A stretch of 64,000 bases of DNA from Monocercomonoides exilis PA203 (GCA_001643675.2 LSRY02000033.1:558001-622000), one strand, 5' to 3'. Numbered from the stretch's first letter, positions 23,963-39,424 are shown. Translations and numbers: made by a program. The notes: a model not told the origin generated them from the sequence alone.

Positions 23963-26900
23963 ATGAGCAGCTCTTTCTCGATCTATGATGTTCCATCCCA
24001 AGGGAAGAAACAAACAGTTTATCATTATTAAGAGGAATAAACTTTCAAATGTTGTTTATTCTTTTATTTTTCATCTTAAAAGGAACTTGAAGCAGCTCTC
24101 GTCTACTTGAACAGATTTTTTGATTGGTCTAAAATTGGAATAACAGATGATGATACAGGTGGTAAGTCGTTGTCAGGTCTGATATTTATATTTTTTTTTG
24201 TAAGTGAAACAAAAAAACAAATATTTTGAAATTTCTTTCATTTATTCTCGGTTATTTGAAAACTTCACACAATAAAACATGCGCATCGTTGCTCGCTCTC
24301 ACTAAAATTCATCAAACATTCTGCGCATTTGAAATAGCTCATGTGGAAAAGAAAGATACAAGACCAATTATTATTCCAGAAGATCTTTTGGAAGGGAAAA
24401 GGCCAAAATTTATATCTTGGCTTATTCCACAACCTGCTCTCGATGACTTTCATTTTTCACGAACATCTAAAGATCAATTACAATCATCTCCAATAGATAT
24501 GACTGAAGATTCATCGGAGCAGTTTAATGTAATAGATTTTCCTTTTCCTTTATCTGTGTCAATCTCACCAACATCGCGCATCTTGCTTGCAAAGTCTGTT
24601 CTATCATCTGCAAAAAATACCAAAGCATCTTCCTTTGCAAAAAATGAAATAGTTCAATGTAATTCAAAAACGAATGAACGCTTCTCCTCGTCTCCAAAAA
24701 ATAGTTCCTGGACCGTTACTGATCTTTCAAATTGGGATGATCCAAATAATTGGGATTATTCTTCTGGTCGCAGTCCCCTTTCCAACTGCCCCGTGAAGCT
24801 CAAGCTCCCACTGACACCTCTGATGTGGGGGTTGCCCACCAGCGCCATTCTTCACCAGCTGTGCTTAAAGCACCATGACGAGTGGGCGCGGCACTGGAGG
24901 CACAAACTGAAGCTGAGGAGGAGGCGAAAGCTGACAGATGGGAGAGCGATGAAGAAAGTGAAAGCTGAAGGTTTGGATGCTGACAAAGTTGAAGAGGACA
25001 ATTTCGAGATGGCTGACAGAGTTGACATCAACAGCAAACTTAGAACATCAGCAGCGTCTGAAGGAATGGAAGAAGAAGATGCAGGAGCAGCATCAGCAGC
25101 TGATGAAGAAGAAGATGAAGATGAAGACAGAGATACAGACAACAATCCAAGCCCATTCTCTTCTCTTCTGAAGAGTTTTCCTTTAGCCTCTCCTTGGACG
25201 CGCCCACGTCTTGCGTTTCCACTGCACCACCATCCGAACATCCCTCTTTCATTCACAGGCGGTACGAAACCCGATGGAGCAGGCAAATCAGCTGCGTCTG
25301 TTCCACCGCAGTCAGCAGCCAACCTGTTTCTGTCTCGCACACTCAACTTGGTGACCACAGCATCGCTGATCGCCTACAACTCCCGTGTGCCAAAGCGCTA
25401 CGGGCAGCGCCAGCTGTCTGTACACGGAAGTTCTGTCACCGCCGCAGCAGCTGCGGCTGCCAGCAACGCCTCGCTGAACATGGGCAGGCTCGGCCTCTTT
25501 TCGCAGCAGCGGCTGTTCGGAAGGCAGTCGCTTGTGCAGATTATGAACGGCTATCAGATCGGAGGCAATCCGCAGCAGCGTCTGCAGCCCATACTGCAGC
25601 TGCAGCATCTGATGAGGAGAGACCCCGCCCGCCTGCAGAACATGGGGCTCAATCCTCGTCTCCTGTCTGCGCTCAACTTGCAGAGACAGAACTCGACGGC
25701 TGCTGCTACTGCTGCTGCTGACGATTCTACTATTGCTTCTCAATCATCAGCTTCTTCCTCTTCTGCATCTTCTTCTTCTTCCTCTTCTTCAAATGCAGCT
25801 TCTTCTGCGCCTTCAGCTTCATCATCTGCTAACCCTTCTCTTTCCTCCAATGAATCTCCTTCTTCCTTATCAGCCTCTTCTTCTTCTCCGTCTTCGTCTT
25901 CTCCTTCGTCTTCTGCTACTTCATTCCGTTCCAATCCTTTTTTATCTGCCATTTCTCCCTCTTCCCAGTCCTCCTCCACATCACAGCTTTCCCTCTCTGT
26001 CCAATCCACCCTCTCATCTTCCTCTTCCTCCTCTTCCTCTTCCTCTACTCTCCATCAGCAGACACCACATCACGGCCCCAGCATCCACCCCTCTCGCTAT
26101 CGGCTGAGCAGCACACCCACATTGCAGCCGCTGTATGACCTCGCCCAGCCAAACAACGGACTCCTCGGCTCGTCACACCATCCTGTCCCGCCTTCCATCG
26201 CAACTCGCTTCATCTCGCGTTTTCCTCTCTCTTATGGCTGGTTTGACAGGAGAGACGAAGAGACAGATGGAAGAAGAATGAGAGGGAAGAGATTATCAAC
26301 AGCATCAACAGCATCATTTTCATCAGACAATCTGTTTGATGCAGCGTCGTCGGAGGCAGCGATGCAGCAGCTGGCGCAGACGCGTGTGTGTTCGTGTGGC
26401 TACAGCGACTTCGATCTGATGAAAGACGTCTTCTCGACACACATCGACTCCCGCGCTGACCTCGAAAACGAGACAAAGATGCGCTCCATCTCAGCAATGG
26501 TGAACTTTGGAGATCCCTTTGAATCAGTGGACGGGGTATGAAAAATATATGTCAGTTTATGTTGAAGTGTTATTGGAGGAATGAATAAACAATTAAAAAA
26601 GAAAATATTTCATTTCATAACGTTTCATTCATTCATTCATTCGTTCATTTTCACAATCTCTGTTTATTTACTCGTTTTGAAACTTTTACCATCTTTCTTT
26701 ATTTATTTTCATATTTATCCATTCATTCCACTGCGCCAATCTATCATCCATCTTATTTCAGACAAAGCTAGCCGAGCTGAATCCTCATCTGACGCTTCCC
26801 GATGACCCACAGGAATGGCTCCAATCAGCCATACTCGACACCACCCGGCACATCAACAAGCTCACAGGGAAATATGGATACAGCAATGCATCATCATTCG

Positions 26901-29900
26901 GATACGACCATCTGAACAAGTACAGAAAGAACACACAATACGCCTCTTATCCATCCAATCCGTATTCCTTTTCCCGCGCCCTGTCTCCTCCTGCTTCCAC
27001 TCAGACACCATTTCACCAGCCATCTCGCTCCACTTCATCCTCTTCCTCTCTCCCCCTTCACTCCCACAGCACTCCACCCGCCCCTGTCCGTATCCCTCCT
27101 TCTCCAGTCGTCGACAGCAACTTCTCCCGCGCCCTGCCTCTGCGCACCACGTTCTTCTCGTCTTATGCACGCACCTTTGCAAAGGCAGACCAGTGGGAAG
27201 ACGCCTGGCGCTATTCCGGCTGGGAGATGGCGACACCTGCATTTGACAAGGCTGTCAAAATGGATTTTTGGCAACAACAACAACAACAACAGTTCGGTGC
27301 AGCCAGCGAAGCATACTACGAAGAGATCGCTCGATATGATGCTGCTTCTTATTCATTGTCACACAGCAACTCATTCAGAAAGGGTACAAACGCAGCAGCA
27401 TCTTCCATACAACAAGATATGAACAGACTGCAGAAGCACCTCAAAGCAGATGTGGAGCTGAGCTGTGCAGTTTCCGCAGCTGAGGGCTCTTCATCTACCG
27501 AAGAAGTCCTTTCTCTCCTCTCATCTCATCCGAACTCGTCTTATTCGTCTTCGCTGTCTTCCTCGTCACGTCAGCCTCAAAACATCATCCACGTCAAGTC
27601 TCTTCTTCAGTCTACGCTTTCTCAGCTCATCCAAACAGAAGACATCACTCCACTTGTTGCCTCTTCTGCTTCTTCTGACTCTTCCACAGCACAATCTTCC
27701 ATTTCCCCAGACACATATCCTGTTTCTATATCCTCTTCCTCCTCTTCCTCTCCTTCCTCCTTCATTTCATCCACACAGCATATCACTTCGCATTCTGTCA
27801 GTTCTTCAGCCACATCGTCCTCTTCCTCAGCAACAATCACCACAACCACCACAACTACAACCACTACAACCACCACCACCACAGCTGCCTTCACTTCGCA
27901 GGAGCTTCCCACTCATCTTCTCCTCGACATGAACGACGTGAACATGATGTTCTCCATCAAACGCGCCTACCAGCCGCCCACTCCACCGCCTGTGCCCGAG
28001 ACTGTCCAGTCTAATGAAATGAGCTCTTCTCAATCATCTTCTTCTCTGTCGCCTTATGCAAAGAACAGTGCATCGAATAGCAGAAATGCTCCGTTTGGAT
28101 CAAAAGTGCAGAAGCCAGCAACTGCCCCCTTCCGACCGAGGCACAGCAAATACTACGCAGATGAACAGAATTTGTGGGACGAGCCATTTGCAGAGGAAGA
28201 GCAGCAGCAGAATGCAGAAATGGAAGCTGGCAGTGGATTCAACATCCCTCAAATGCAACCAGAGGAAGAAGCAGAGCAGCAGATGAATGAGTATGACAAG
28301 ACACGCAAAGAGAATGAAGAGCACGAGTCTTCTTTGTCTGACTCACTTGACTCAATTGATGATGATGATGATGACATCTCCTCATCATTGTTATCTTCAT
28401 CTTCATCTGAGCTATCTGCATCCAGCGGGAATGGCTTTGACGACGATGAGGAGGCACTTGAAGAGTCGGAAGAGGCGTTTGAGGAAGAACTGGAGAGAGA
28501 AACGCTGATGATGACAGCAGAGGCAAGAATCGAGCACATAACACACAGAAGGAGAGAAAGAGAGCTGCAGAAGAAGAAAGAGAGAAGGAAGAAGCGAAGG
28601 CTGCGGAGGAAAAGAAGGGCTGAACGAGCAAAAGCGAAGCAGAACGAGGCGAAAGCGCAGGAGCAGGATTCTCTTTCCAGCAAAGAAGGAGGCAAAGAGA
28701 GAGACGCCTCATCAGCCAACGAAAGCGCCAAAGTGGCAGACAACACGCCGCTTCGGATGGGCAGCCGCGCAGCAGAAAACCGCATTCAGTCGTCGGGTGT
28801 CCGTGCACGTGCATTCACTGCGCTGCCAATCATGTCCTTTGCGAGTGTGGCGGGTGCGAGTGATATCAGAGCCATCGAACGGTCGGTGATGATGGGGCTC
28901 ATCTCACACAGCACCACACAGAACGTGGGATCAACATCGCTTTCTTTGAAAGAGCGGATGAAGAAGACGATGGAAGACCTGATGAAAAAGAAGTCAGCTG
29001 CACAGAGCGGTTCAGACGATGGACAAGGCTCAAAACTGGGTGGTGGATTCAAACGCCCTTCGCTCGACCCATCTGCTCCGTTGAGCATTATGGAGATGCC
29101 TCTGCCACACTCAACCATCTCCACACTCGATGACACCACATTAGCTGCTGTCTCAATGCGTATCTCCATTTCTCGCCAGACGCTTTCAGGCGAGACACAC
29201 ATCCGCCTCACCTCTGACGCTGCTTCAGGAGATTTGGGTGCAGGTTCAGGTTCAGCTGCCCGTGCTGGTCAGACAGCGACTGATATGCTGGGGGGTATTG
29301 CAGCAGGTGGGATGGCTTCTGCCTCAGGTGTGCCTGGTCAGTCTGGAGTGCTGGGTGCATCTGCTGCTGGGTCATCGCTCGGGTTGAGTGCTGCTGGTGC
29401 ATCGGGAGAGAATGATGGAGACATACAAGCAGCAGGAGGTGCAGTGAAACAACTGACAGCTGCGCAGACAGAAGCCAAAGTGGCTGTTGAGAAGACGGTG
29501 CAGCGGCATCAGACGATTGTGGAGACATTCAATCCAGTTGAGAACAAGAAGGTGATCGGCAAGCGTGTTGTGCAGCATTCACTCCCAGCTGTGCTGCTGG
29601 CCACAATGCAGACGGAGATGCGATGGTCAGACTTGTCACGATGGCACAGGCATTCACTCACATTGAGGATGATGAAGCCAGGTGTCTGCCATACTGTTAC
29701 TCCAGTGCGTCCGTACAGCAAGCCACGGCTTCTCCGATTCCGAGCAGGGGAAAGAGTGAAAGAGAGAAGGAGAAGAATGCAGAGGGAACGAGAGGAGATG
29801 CTGGAGAGGGAGCGGATGGCAGGCAGAGACGTGAGCTTGAAGAGCGAGCTAAATCTATTTGGAGACGAAGACATCAAAGAAGAAGAGGCAGAAGAGCTTG

Positions 29901-32900
29901 GGATAGAAAAATCAGGGTATGGTGGAATGAACTATTCATATTCATCATCCTCTCTCCACTCAGCTGTGCTGAACGATCTGTTTGATCCAGAAGAAGACGC
30001 GCGCATCCTCAACAACCCGCAGGAATGTGTCAGAGACATCGCTGATCTGACAGCAAAGGAAGGCCACGTGGCTCTTTTTGAGTACATTGAGAAAGATCCT
30101 CTTTTGATGTCTGCAGTGGGAATGGCTACGAACATGGTGACATATTACAGAAAGACCTCAGCCACCGATGAGACAGAGCCACATATGTCGATGGGTGATT
30201 TAGTTGTGCTGGATCCAGACACAAGCACCCCTTTCCTCGGAGATATTGAACCTGGAACAACTGTCACAGCCATCCAGAACAATCTGTTTATTTCTCCAAT
30301 CTTCACTCACCAGGTGCCACTCACAGACTTCCTGGTTATAATGCAGCCAATGGCACCAGCCTCAGGAAAAGGATCAAAGGAGAAATCACGTTCAAGTTCG
30401 CATCTGTCCACTCTGTTTGCCTCAGGTGTTCTTCCAGAAGGATATTCCTTCTCAGTCAGAGAGATCAACTCGCTCCACACAATTGGGCAGCTCTTCCCTG
30501 AATATCGTGTGCCTGCCCCTGGCTCACATGCACACGACCAGTACTTACAGGATAGGGTGGGCGTCTTCATCATCCGCTCGTTCAAGGAGCTTCTCCAACA
30601 GCGCATATACGCCCCAGAAATCCACATCAGCGTCATCCAGAAGAAGTTTCCTTCACTTGCACCAAGTTTCATCCGCCGGCAGCTGCAGAAGTATGCTCAG
30701 CACACACGTGCTGGTGGCAGCTCATGGGCGTTGCGACCAGGTGCCTCTCTTCCAGGAGAGGAGGAGATCAGAGAGATGGTTACACCAGAAATGGTGTGTG
30801 CCTTCCAATCGATGCTGGCGGGGACGATTCGGGTGCAAGAGCTGGAGATCACACAGATCAAGCAGATTGACCTGGGCGGGCTGGACGAGGAAGACTTGTT
30901 GGGCGATGCAATTGGTGAGGAGATGAACTTAACGCCGTGGGAGCTGAGCACAAACTACCTTGATGCCATTCAAGGAAAGATTAGACTGAAGATGACTGGA
31001 GTTGGCGATCCAACAGGCAGAGGAGAAGGTTTCTCGTTTTTGAAACAGAACTTGAAGCAGCTGAACAAAGACGGAACACAGGAACCGAAGCCCCGGGCGC
31101 AGCTTGTTGGCACAGGAGCAGATCTTAGGAGGCAGAAAGTTGCAGAGCTTAGAGAATACATGAGAGAGATGGGGATGTCAGAGGAGGATGTTGGCAAGCT
31201 GGAGCGGTGGGGGCTTGTGAATGTGCTGAAAACTGTTGCCTCGCAGAGCAACAACGAGCGATTTAGGCAATTTTCGAGGGAATCTCGCACACAGGCGCAG
31301 GAGATGACGCATCAATACAACGAGCAGGCGCAGCTGATTTTCAAAGCACATCTCAGAATGCTCGCAGGAGAAGACGAAAAACGAAAGCAGCCGAGTTACA
31401 TGGCCGAGCACATGCGCCGTCTGGAAGAGGAGAGGCAGCTCAGGCGCCAGCTGCGGAAGGAGAGGAGGCAGAGAGAGAAGCAGCGGCTGCAGAGGCTGAA
31501 GGAAGGGAAGATCACACAGGAAGAGGCGCGCGCAGAGAGAGAGAAAGACGAAGCAGAGTTTGAGGCAAGAATAAAGAAGGAAAGAGAAGAAAGAGCGAAG
31601 AAAGCGAAGGAGAAGCTGCAGAAGCGAAAGGAGGCGAAGGAAGTGCTGCTCAAACACGGATTCAACACAGCCGATGCGAACAGAGCGGACGAAGAAAATG
31701 ATGAAGAGGAAGAAGGGAAAGGAGAGAATGAAACAAGACAAGGAAGCAATAAATCGAAGATGGACAAGTCAAAAGGCGATTCAGATGGCAAAGGAAGGAT
31801 GGAGGAAAGCGATGGGAGAGGAGAAGGAGAAGAAGGAGAAGGCGAAGATGGCAACAGAAAGAAGAAAGAGGAGAAGAATGCGCTGGATTGGATAGGAATC
31901 AGCCCAGCTGTTGGGAGCACGCGCAATGGCGGAGAAGGGGCAGAGCTGCAGATGCAGCAGGAGCTGAGGGAGTTTGGGCACACTTTTGGAGAAAGCGAGG
32001 AAGACGACAGCGATGCAGACATTGCAGCCACACTCGAGGATGAAATCAACGAGATTCTGAAGGAGAGAGACGAAGACACAGAAGAAGCAGAAAAGAAGCA
32101 GATTGAAATCACAAAGCAGTTTTTGGCTTCGCTCGATGACGATGACCAGAACACATCGCGCGGAACGTCGTTTGACACTCCACCGCCTCTCAAAGTGACT
32201 CTGGCATCTGCTCCTGTTGCATCTTCTTCTTCTTCTTCATCTGCCTCAGCTTCAGCTTCAGCTTCATCATCATCATCATCATCAGACAATACTTCAATAG
32301 CCATGTCAGAGGATGACTCAGATTATGCTCCTCAGATGGAAGTCAATGAAAGTGCTTCCTCTTCAGCTGAACCCTCTCAACTTTCTGAACAACCTTCTCA
32401 GCCAACACAACCAGCTCAACCAACTCAATTGCTTCAGTCAGCTTCTATTCCTTCCTCCTCCTCTGCTTCTGCTCCTTCATCTTCCTCTTCCTCTTCTTCA
32501 ACTCCCTCTTCATTGTTGGACACAACAACTTCTGCATTTGCATTCAAAACAGAGCCAACTTTGCTGAATGCCCCACCTCTTTCTTCGACAGTGCCTTCTC
32601 TTTCAATTCTGACAGCAGCCACAACAAGCACATCAAAAGAAGAGGAATCAAAATCATCAAAATCGTCTTCTGCTCTCATTCCACCGTCTGCTTTGCTTTC
32701 ATTGAGCATCCTGTCTCCATCTTCTGATGCATCTTCTGCTTCTCCTTCATCTTCAGCTTCCTCAACTGCATCTTCATCTGCAACAGATAAATCTTCAATG
32801 TCAAATTCAGCTTCTTCCACTCCATCTGCTTTCAACAAGCCATCAATATTCAGTTCAGCTATGCCATCATTTGCTACAACAACATCGACATTATCTTCTT

Positions 32901-35900
32901 CCTCCTCCTCCTCATCAACAACACCAGAGAAATCCACTCCTTCTGTTCCTCGTGTGCTCTCACCAATTGTGATGGACAGCGCTTCTATTGGCACCCCTTC
33001 CTCTGCTGCCATCAAAGACGAAGGCTCTTCTGTTGGTTTGTCTTCAGACACCTCTGCTTCTGCTTCTTCCTCTTCCTCCTCTTTGTTTTCTTTTCCTTCC
33101 ACTTTGAATGCAGCATCACAGCAAACACATTCGGGTGAATCTGCTTCTTCTTCTTCTTCTTCTTCTCCTTCTTCTAGTTCTTCATCTGAGCATGCAACCA
33201 GCTCTCAATCAACTTTATTTCCTGTTCCTTCTTCCCTTCTTTCTATATCTTCAACATCAGCATCATCAACATCTTCTCCTTCTTCAACTGAGTCTGCTTC
33301 AAATGCCAATACAGATGCAAGTTCATCAGTTGTACCATCAACCACAAATAACAACAGTTCTTCTTCTGTTTCTTCTTCTTCTTCTTCTTTTTCTTCTTCT
33401 TCCTCCTCCTCATCCTCCTCAACATCATCCACATCCTCTCCTTCCTCTGCCGCCTCGTCCTCACCTGAAGCCACTCCACCAACACCCAGTGTATCCTTAT
33501 CAATCAGCAAAAAGCTATCTTCCTCTTCTTATTCTTCTCCCTTGGCGTCTCAGACACGTCTGCTTGCCTCCACCAGACATCTCATACGCCATCCATCCAA
33601 ACTGAAGAAACAGAGAGAGAAGAAAGTGATGAAGAAGATCAGCACAGCACCGTTGATTCCGTATCTGAAGAAGCCAGTGAGGCAGCGTGGGTTCAAGCTG
33701 CACATTCATCACGGGAGAGAGGGAATTCATGGAAGGACTCATCATGCACGGATGGTTGTGGATATTCTGGACAAGAACCAGCAAGGGATGATTGCTGAGC
33801 CATCGGGGGCGAGAAGGAACTATGCGGTGGGAGCATATGGAGGAGGGTATGTGCTGGAACACGACATGGCAGAGAGGATGGTGATGGAGGCAGAGGAGAA
33901 GAAGAAGAGAGAGAAGAAGATGAAGAAGCTGATAAGCATGAAAATGAAGGGAGAAGAATCAGCGCTGGACAAAGAAGGGAAGGAAGGGAAAGAGGAGAAA
34001 GAAGGAAAGGAAGGAGGAGCCGAGAACGAAGGGATGGAAGGCAGCGAAGCAGAAGACGAGGATGAGAGCATGGATGATTTGAGTGGACAGCAGAACAGGC
34101 GAAGAATGAAGAAAAAGAAGATGATTTTGAAAAAGACCATCACAGAAACACTGCCAAGTGGAGACCTTCTGATAACTATTCAATACACAAGACGCAGTGG
34201 TGTGATTGCAAAGTACGAGAAATATCGAAAGCTGATGGAAGATCGCAAAGCGCAGAGAGGAGCTGTGGAGTCGACAGAGGTGGAAGCACAGAAGGAAGCA
34301 ATTATGAAGGAGAAGAGGAGACTTCAGGAGAAGAAGAAGAGGCTACAGCAGGCAATGATCACCCGGCGAGCAGAGCTGGCATTCAAAGCAGAGGGAGAAA
34401 AAGAAGACGAGGAAGAAGAAGCACAAGATGGGCTGAATGATGAAGCAGATGCAGAGAAGGAGGAAGAGATGGAGATGGATGAGCAGAAGCAGCTGGAGAA
34501 AGAGCGGAAGCGGCAGGAGCTTCGTGAGAGGCGCCTGGCTGCGAGCCAAATGTCACCTGAAGAGCGATTCCAGCAGCTGGTGCAGGAGGACGATCTGCTG
34601 ACGAGCTACAAGCAGCGGATGAGCACAATTGAGGAGCGGCTGAGGCATCTGGATGTGCGCGAGGCAGAGACTGTCAGGAGAGGAGAACTTGCACAGCGCA
34701 AGTTGGATCAGTCGCGTGTGATTGACTCGCAGAGAAGAGGCCCAGGGACAGAGAAAATACGGCAGTCAGCAGCAGATGCAGAGTCTGGTGATGCAGATGG
34801 GATGGACAGAGACGAGGAAGGGATCTCAGAGGAGAAAAAGAACGAGCTGAAGTTGAGGACGATGGAGGAAGCGGGTCTGTTTATGAAGAAATGCAAAGCA
34901 TGTGGAGCAGTTGGACACATCAAAACAAACAGAAACTGCCCAATGTTCTTTCAGACAAGACAGGCAGAGCTCAATGCGATCATTGCACGAGGAGGGACAG
35001 AGGCGGAGAAAGCGAAGAAGACGCTGGAAAGCGAAAAGGCAAAAGAGGAAGAAAGAAAGCAGAAGCTGAGGGAGAAAGGAATTGACCCAGACTTGGCTAC
35101 GTTTGAAGACAACCTGTCAGTTGCACCGTCGGCTGTGCGGAGAGCAGCAATGAACATGATGCGGTGGAGGAGAGGTATTTCTGTTGGGGCAGGCGACGAA
35201 AGCGAAGAGGAAGGCGGAGAAGAAGACGACTACAGCTCAGAGGAAGAGATGGATGCGAACGATGTGGTGCTGAACGGGATGTGGAAGAAGAAGCGGAGCC
35301 GAGGTGAGTTCACATCTGTGGACAACATTGCAATGGCTGGCGATTCAGAAGACGAAGTTTTGGACTCCGATGACGACAAGCCGATCTCCAGCAGGACACG
35401 CGGAGCATCAAAAGTGTTTGGAGACGACGGGACAAACGCTGCCACCACGTTTGCGCCAATTGACGAATGCGACATTCAGACGATTCCACCAGAGGAGATG
35501 GGTGCATTCACAGAGATGAGGAAGAAGTGGAGGCTGCAGTGGTGGAAGGAGTACAAAGGAGATGCGCCACTGAATTCTGCGGTGCTTTCAATTTGCATAG
35601 ATACGAATCAACAACAACAACAGGCAGACACACAAACAGCATTTTCTTCAGCTCTTGGGACAGCTCAACAATCACCTGGAAATAACGCACAAAATCAAAT
35701 TGACACAAACAACCAATCGTCTTATTCGTCTCCACAGCCAGCGATCAGTCAGCCAACACCGATGCAGACTGACTCTAAGCTATTTCCGATGCCAACCACA
35801 ATTTCTGTGCCGCAAGCATCTCATCCTACACTTTCTTCACCTCCTCCTTCAAATTCAATTTTATCAGCTTCACCAAAAGAAGAAAGCTTGGGTGTCAGCA

Positions 35901-38893
35901 TGAATACTTCATCAAATGATTTCAATTCATTTGCCCCTCCTTCTTCAGCTGATATTTCACAACCACAAGCAAACAGAGCATCCGAACCAACTCCTCAAAA
36001 CATGAATTCATCAGAAGCAAACACCGCAAGTGCATCGTCTCCTTCTTCACCTACACCAAGTCTGGCCTCTTCTCGCTCATCGTCGCAGCAGCGCTCATTC
36101 GACGGGGACGAAGTTGTTCGCATCAGAAGGCGCAGAATCAGAAAGCGGAAGGATCCCGAAGTTGAACTTGGCAATCTGCTCGAATGGCTTCTGGAGCGTC
36201 TGCGCTCCTCGCGCTATGCTGGCTACTATCTGCAGCCTGTGACGCTGGAGATAGCACCTGGCTACTTCAACTATGTGGACGAGCCGATTGATCTGTCGAA
36301 GATCCGCATTTCTGTGAAGGCGATGGAATACTCGTCACGGCAGTCATTCCTGAACGACTTGTATCTGATGGCACACAACGCCCATCTCTACAACGATGTC
36401 TTTGTGAAGGACAACATCATCTCCCGCAACGCCGACAAGCTGGTGGAGCTGGCTGAAGTTGAGTTTTACCACCGCAACAGGCAGCTGACACGGTTGGAGG
36501 AGCGCATTATGAGGCAGCGGAAGGAGCTGGGAGTGGCTGAGCGGACAGTCAGCGCTTGGAGAGACGGCGGTGGAGCTTTGCTTTCGGTGCTGAAGAAAGG
36601 ATCGAGGGGAGAAGGAGAAAGCAGTACAGTATCAGAGGCACGGAAACGAGGAGAAAAAGATAAAGAGAGAATGCTGACACGACAGCGCAATCTGCAGAGG
36701 ACAAGGCAGAGGAACATTGCCAAGAAGGAAAAGAAGCTGAAGACATTACAGCAGATGCCCAAGTTTTTGCTGAAGCCAGTGAAAATACGCACTGGAAAGG
36801 GAGGAGCTGGGCAGATTACGCAATACAAGATCGTCCCTGCCACGTCGGAGGCCGTGCTTCTTGAGCCACTCAGAGCGTCAAACAAGAAGGTGCTGAAGCC
36901 ACGTGCGTATCTGCAGACAGAAGAGCAGAAGAAGAAGCCCATCTTTGAATTTGAGCGTGATGGGCTGAACCATCTAATGAGGGTGCATCTGCTGCGACTG
37001 AGGCGATTTAGGAAGATGTTGAGAAGAGAAAGGGCAGCAGCTGCAGCGGCTGCTTCCTCTTCCTCTTCTTCATCAGCTTCGGCCTCTGCTTCCACTTCCG
37101 CTTCAGCTTCTTCTGAACATTCAACGCCAATTGGCTACACTTCGCGCATTCCATTCGCAGTTCACCCGCTTCCTCCGCCTCTTCCTTTGAGAAGGCCGCC
37201 ACAAAGACCGATCATTCACGACGATGTCTCGCCAGCAATGCAGCCATCGCCAGGCACATCCACACAATCACTGAACACATCTCCAATCATCTCATCTACT
37301 GCCACTCGTGTCAAACTGGGAATGCACACTGGTGTGCCCTCCTCTCCATCTGATTTGTATTCTGAGTCTGCCTCTGCATCTTCAATTGCTCCTCCGCCTT
37401 CTCCTTCACCGTCTCCTTCGCCTTCGCTGGCACCTTCGCGTCTCGGCACCCGCAGCACAGCATTCAAAATCAAGATAGTCAACAAGCGCAGCCAGTCTGT
37501 CTCGTCCCTGTCGAATGCGCAGGTAAGATCTCCTTCTCCACTGAAGGAAGAACCGTCGCAGCTGAATGTGATGTCGCCAGCTGCGCAGAACAAGAAGAAG
37601 AACAAGATGCGCATGGACGATGACGAGGAAGACGACATGTTTGCGAGATCTTCTTCGGAACAACGGCAACAGAAGATTCAACAGATACAAATGCAGCAGC
37701 AGCAACAACAACACGAAGAACAAGAACGACAAGAAAAAGAGCAAGAACAAATGAATGACGATGAAGAATCAGACTTTCTGTCTCCGCTGCACCAGACAAC
37801 AACAGTCAAAGACGAAGACGATTTGGATGCGCTGTTTGATTCACTCGACAAAGAAAGCAGCATTTCAGAGCAGACACAGAAAAACGAGCCATTTGCTGTG
37901 AATACACCTGCAACAAACACAAACACAAACACAACACCAACTCCAACCACAACCACAAACACTTTGCCATCACCTCAAACTCCTCAAACTCCAAAAGCTC
38001 CTGAAGTCCATTCTGAAACAAGCAAGCTGGCTGATACAACTGAAAAGCAAGTACGAAAGCCTCTGAAAATTAAACTGAAAATCAGAGCAAATCCACCAAC
38101 CACAAACGCTCCTGCACCATCTCATCCTTCCTCTTCCTCTTCTTCCACCTCTTCTTCTACCAATGAAACTATCATCAAACAATCAACACCAGAATTAAAG
38201 ATACAACCAACAGACAACACTTCTCGCTCATCTCAAAATCCTTTTAATTCTTCTTCTTCTTCCACCACTCAATCATCTGCTCCTCCAAAAGAACATTCCA
38301 ACTCAGCTCCATTTTCGCTTTCAATGAACCAACCAGCCAATTCAAATGGAGCACGCAATCCAACTCCCACAACATCACCTGCACCATCACTTCTCTCTTC
38401 TTCTCCCTCTGCTTCTCCTCATCCTCCAATGCCGACTCAATCAACTTCCACTACAAATATCACTTCTTCGATTGTTACACATCGCCCTTTGCCTCGCAGG
38501 CCAGTTTCACCTTCTCCTTCTGCATCCACCACACCTCAGCCATCCAAACCTCTCCTTCCAACACACTCTCATTCACCTTCACCATCTCCCTCAATCTCTC
38601 CTTCTGCTTCAACTTCTGCTTTTACCTCTTCTTTTTCTTCCTCTTCCTCCTCTTCTGCACCTCAACACCCAATTGCAGCGCCTCGCAGGCCCCAGCCATT
38701 TGCCCCGCCTTCACAGATATCTCCGAAGCAGAGTTCTCCTTCTGCTTCTTCTGCTCCATCTGCCACTTCAGCAGCAGAAGAAAAACATCCTTTATCAAAT
38801 GAGCCAAGCACTGCAAGTGCGAAAAGACCGGTTATAAAACTGAAAATAGGAGCCTTTAAGAAAAAGAGCGAAGGCTCTTCGGCTCCACACTAG
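23963..38893 (+). CDS. TAF1: Transcription initiation factor TFIID subunit 1, very expanded (~4,820 aa, 4 exons)
   Basis: Central DUF3591-type motifs (VQHSLPA, DLTAKEGHVALFEYIEKDPLLMSAVGMA, TPEMVCAFQSMLAG, LTPWELSTNY, GVGDPTGRGEGFSF, GTGADLRR). Zinc knuckle KCKACGAVGHIKTNRNCP. One bromodomain (APGYFNYVDEPIDL...AHLYN). Exons 23963-24016, 24083-24161, 24338-26535 and 26762-38893 splice in frame, joining ORFs 24226 and 27227. Confidence 0.88.
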
Positions 38894-39424
38894 AAATCGT
38901 GTTTGAATGATGAGGCAAAGCATATTTCGAGAATGAAATACGACTAAGCCTCTTTCACTTCACCATTTATGTTTTAAAAATATAAAAATAAAAGTTTTAA
39001 TGATTGAAATCGAAATAATAATAAAAAAAATGAGTTTCAGTCAGAATGAATTAATGCTTATTTTTTTTGTGTTGTTTAATATCGAATAAAATTTTAAAAA
39101 TAATTGCTTTTCTTTGGCAGCAAGCAATGAGTTGAAAGAATTCCATCACAGAAAAATCGACTCCATACAAAAACGCAAACACTTTAGAGATTCAGTCTTT
39201 CTTATTGCATTAAAAACTATTGTATATTTTCCCTTCTAACACCAAGAAATCCGACGACAGTAACTTGGAAATGTTAAATATTCTCTTGTATTTTTCACGA
39301 ATTTTTTTTTCCTGCTCAAGAAGCATCCAAACATATGTTAAAATAGATCCAGCGCGAATCCACTCATTTTGTATTTTTGTTGGTTGTAAGTCAGAAAATC
39401 TAATGCGCACCAAAGCAACTGTGA

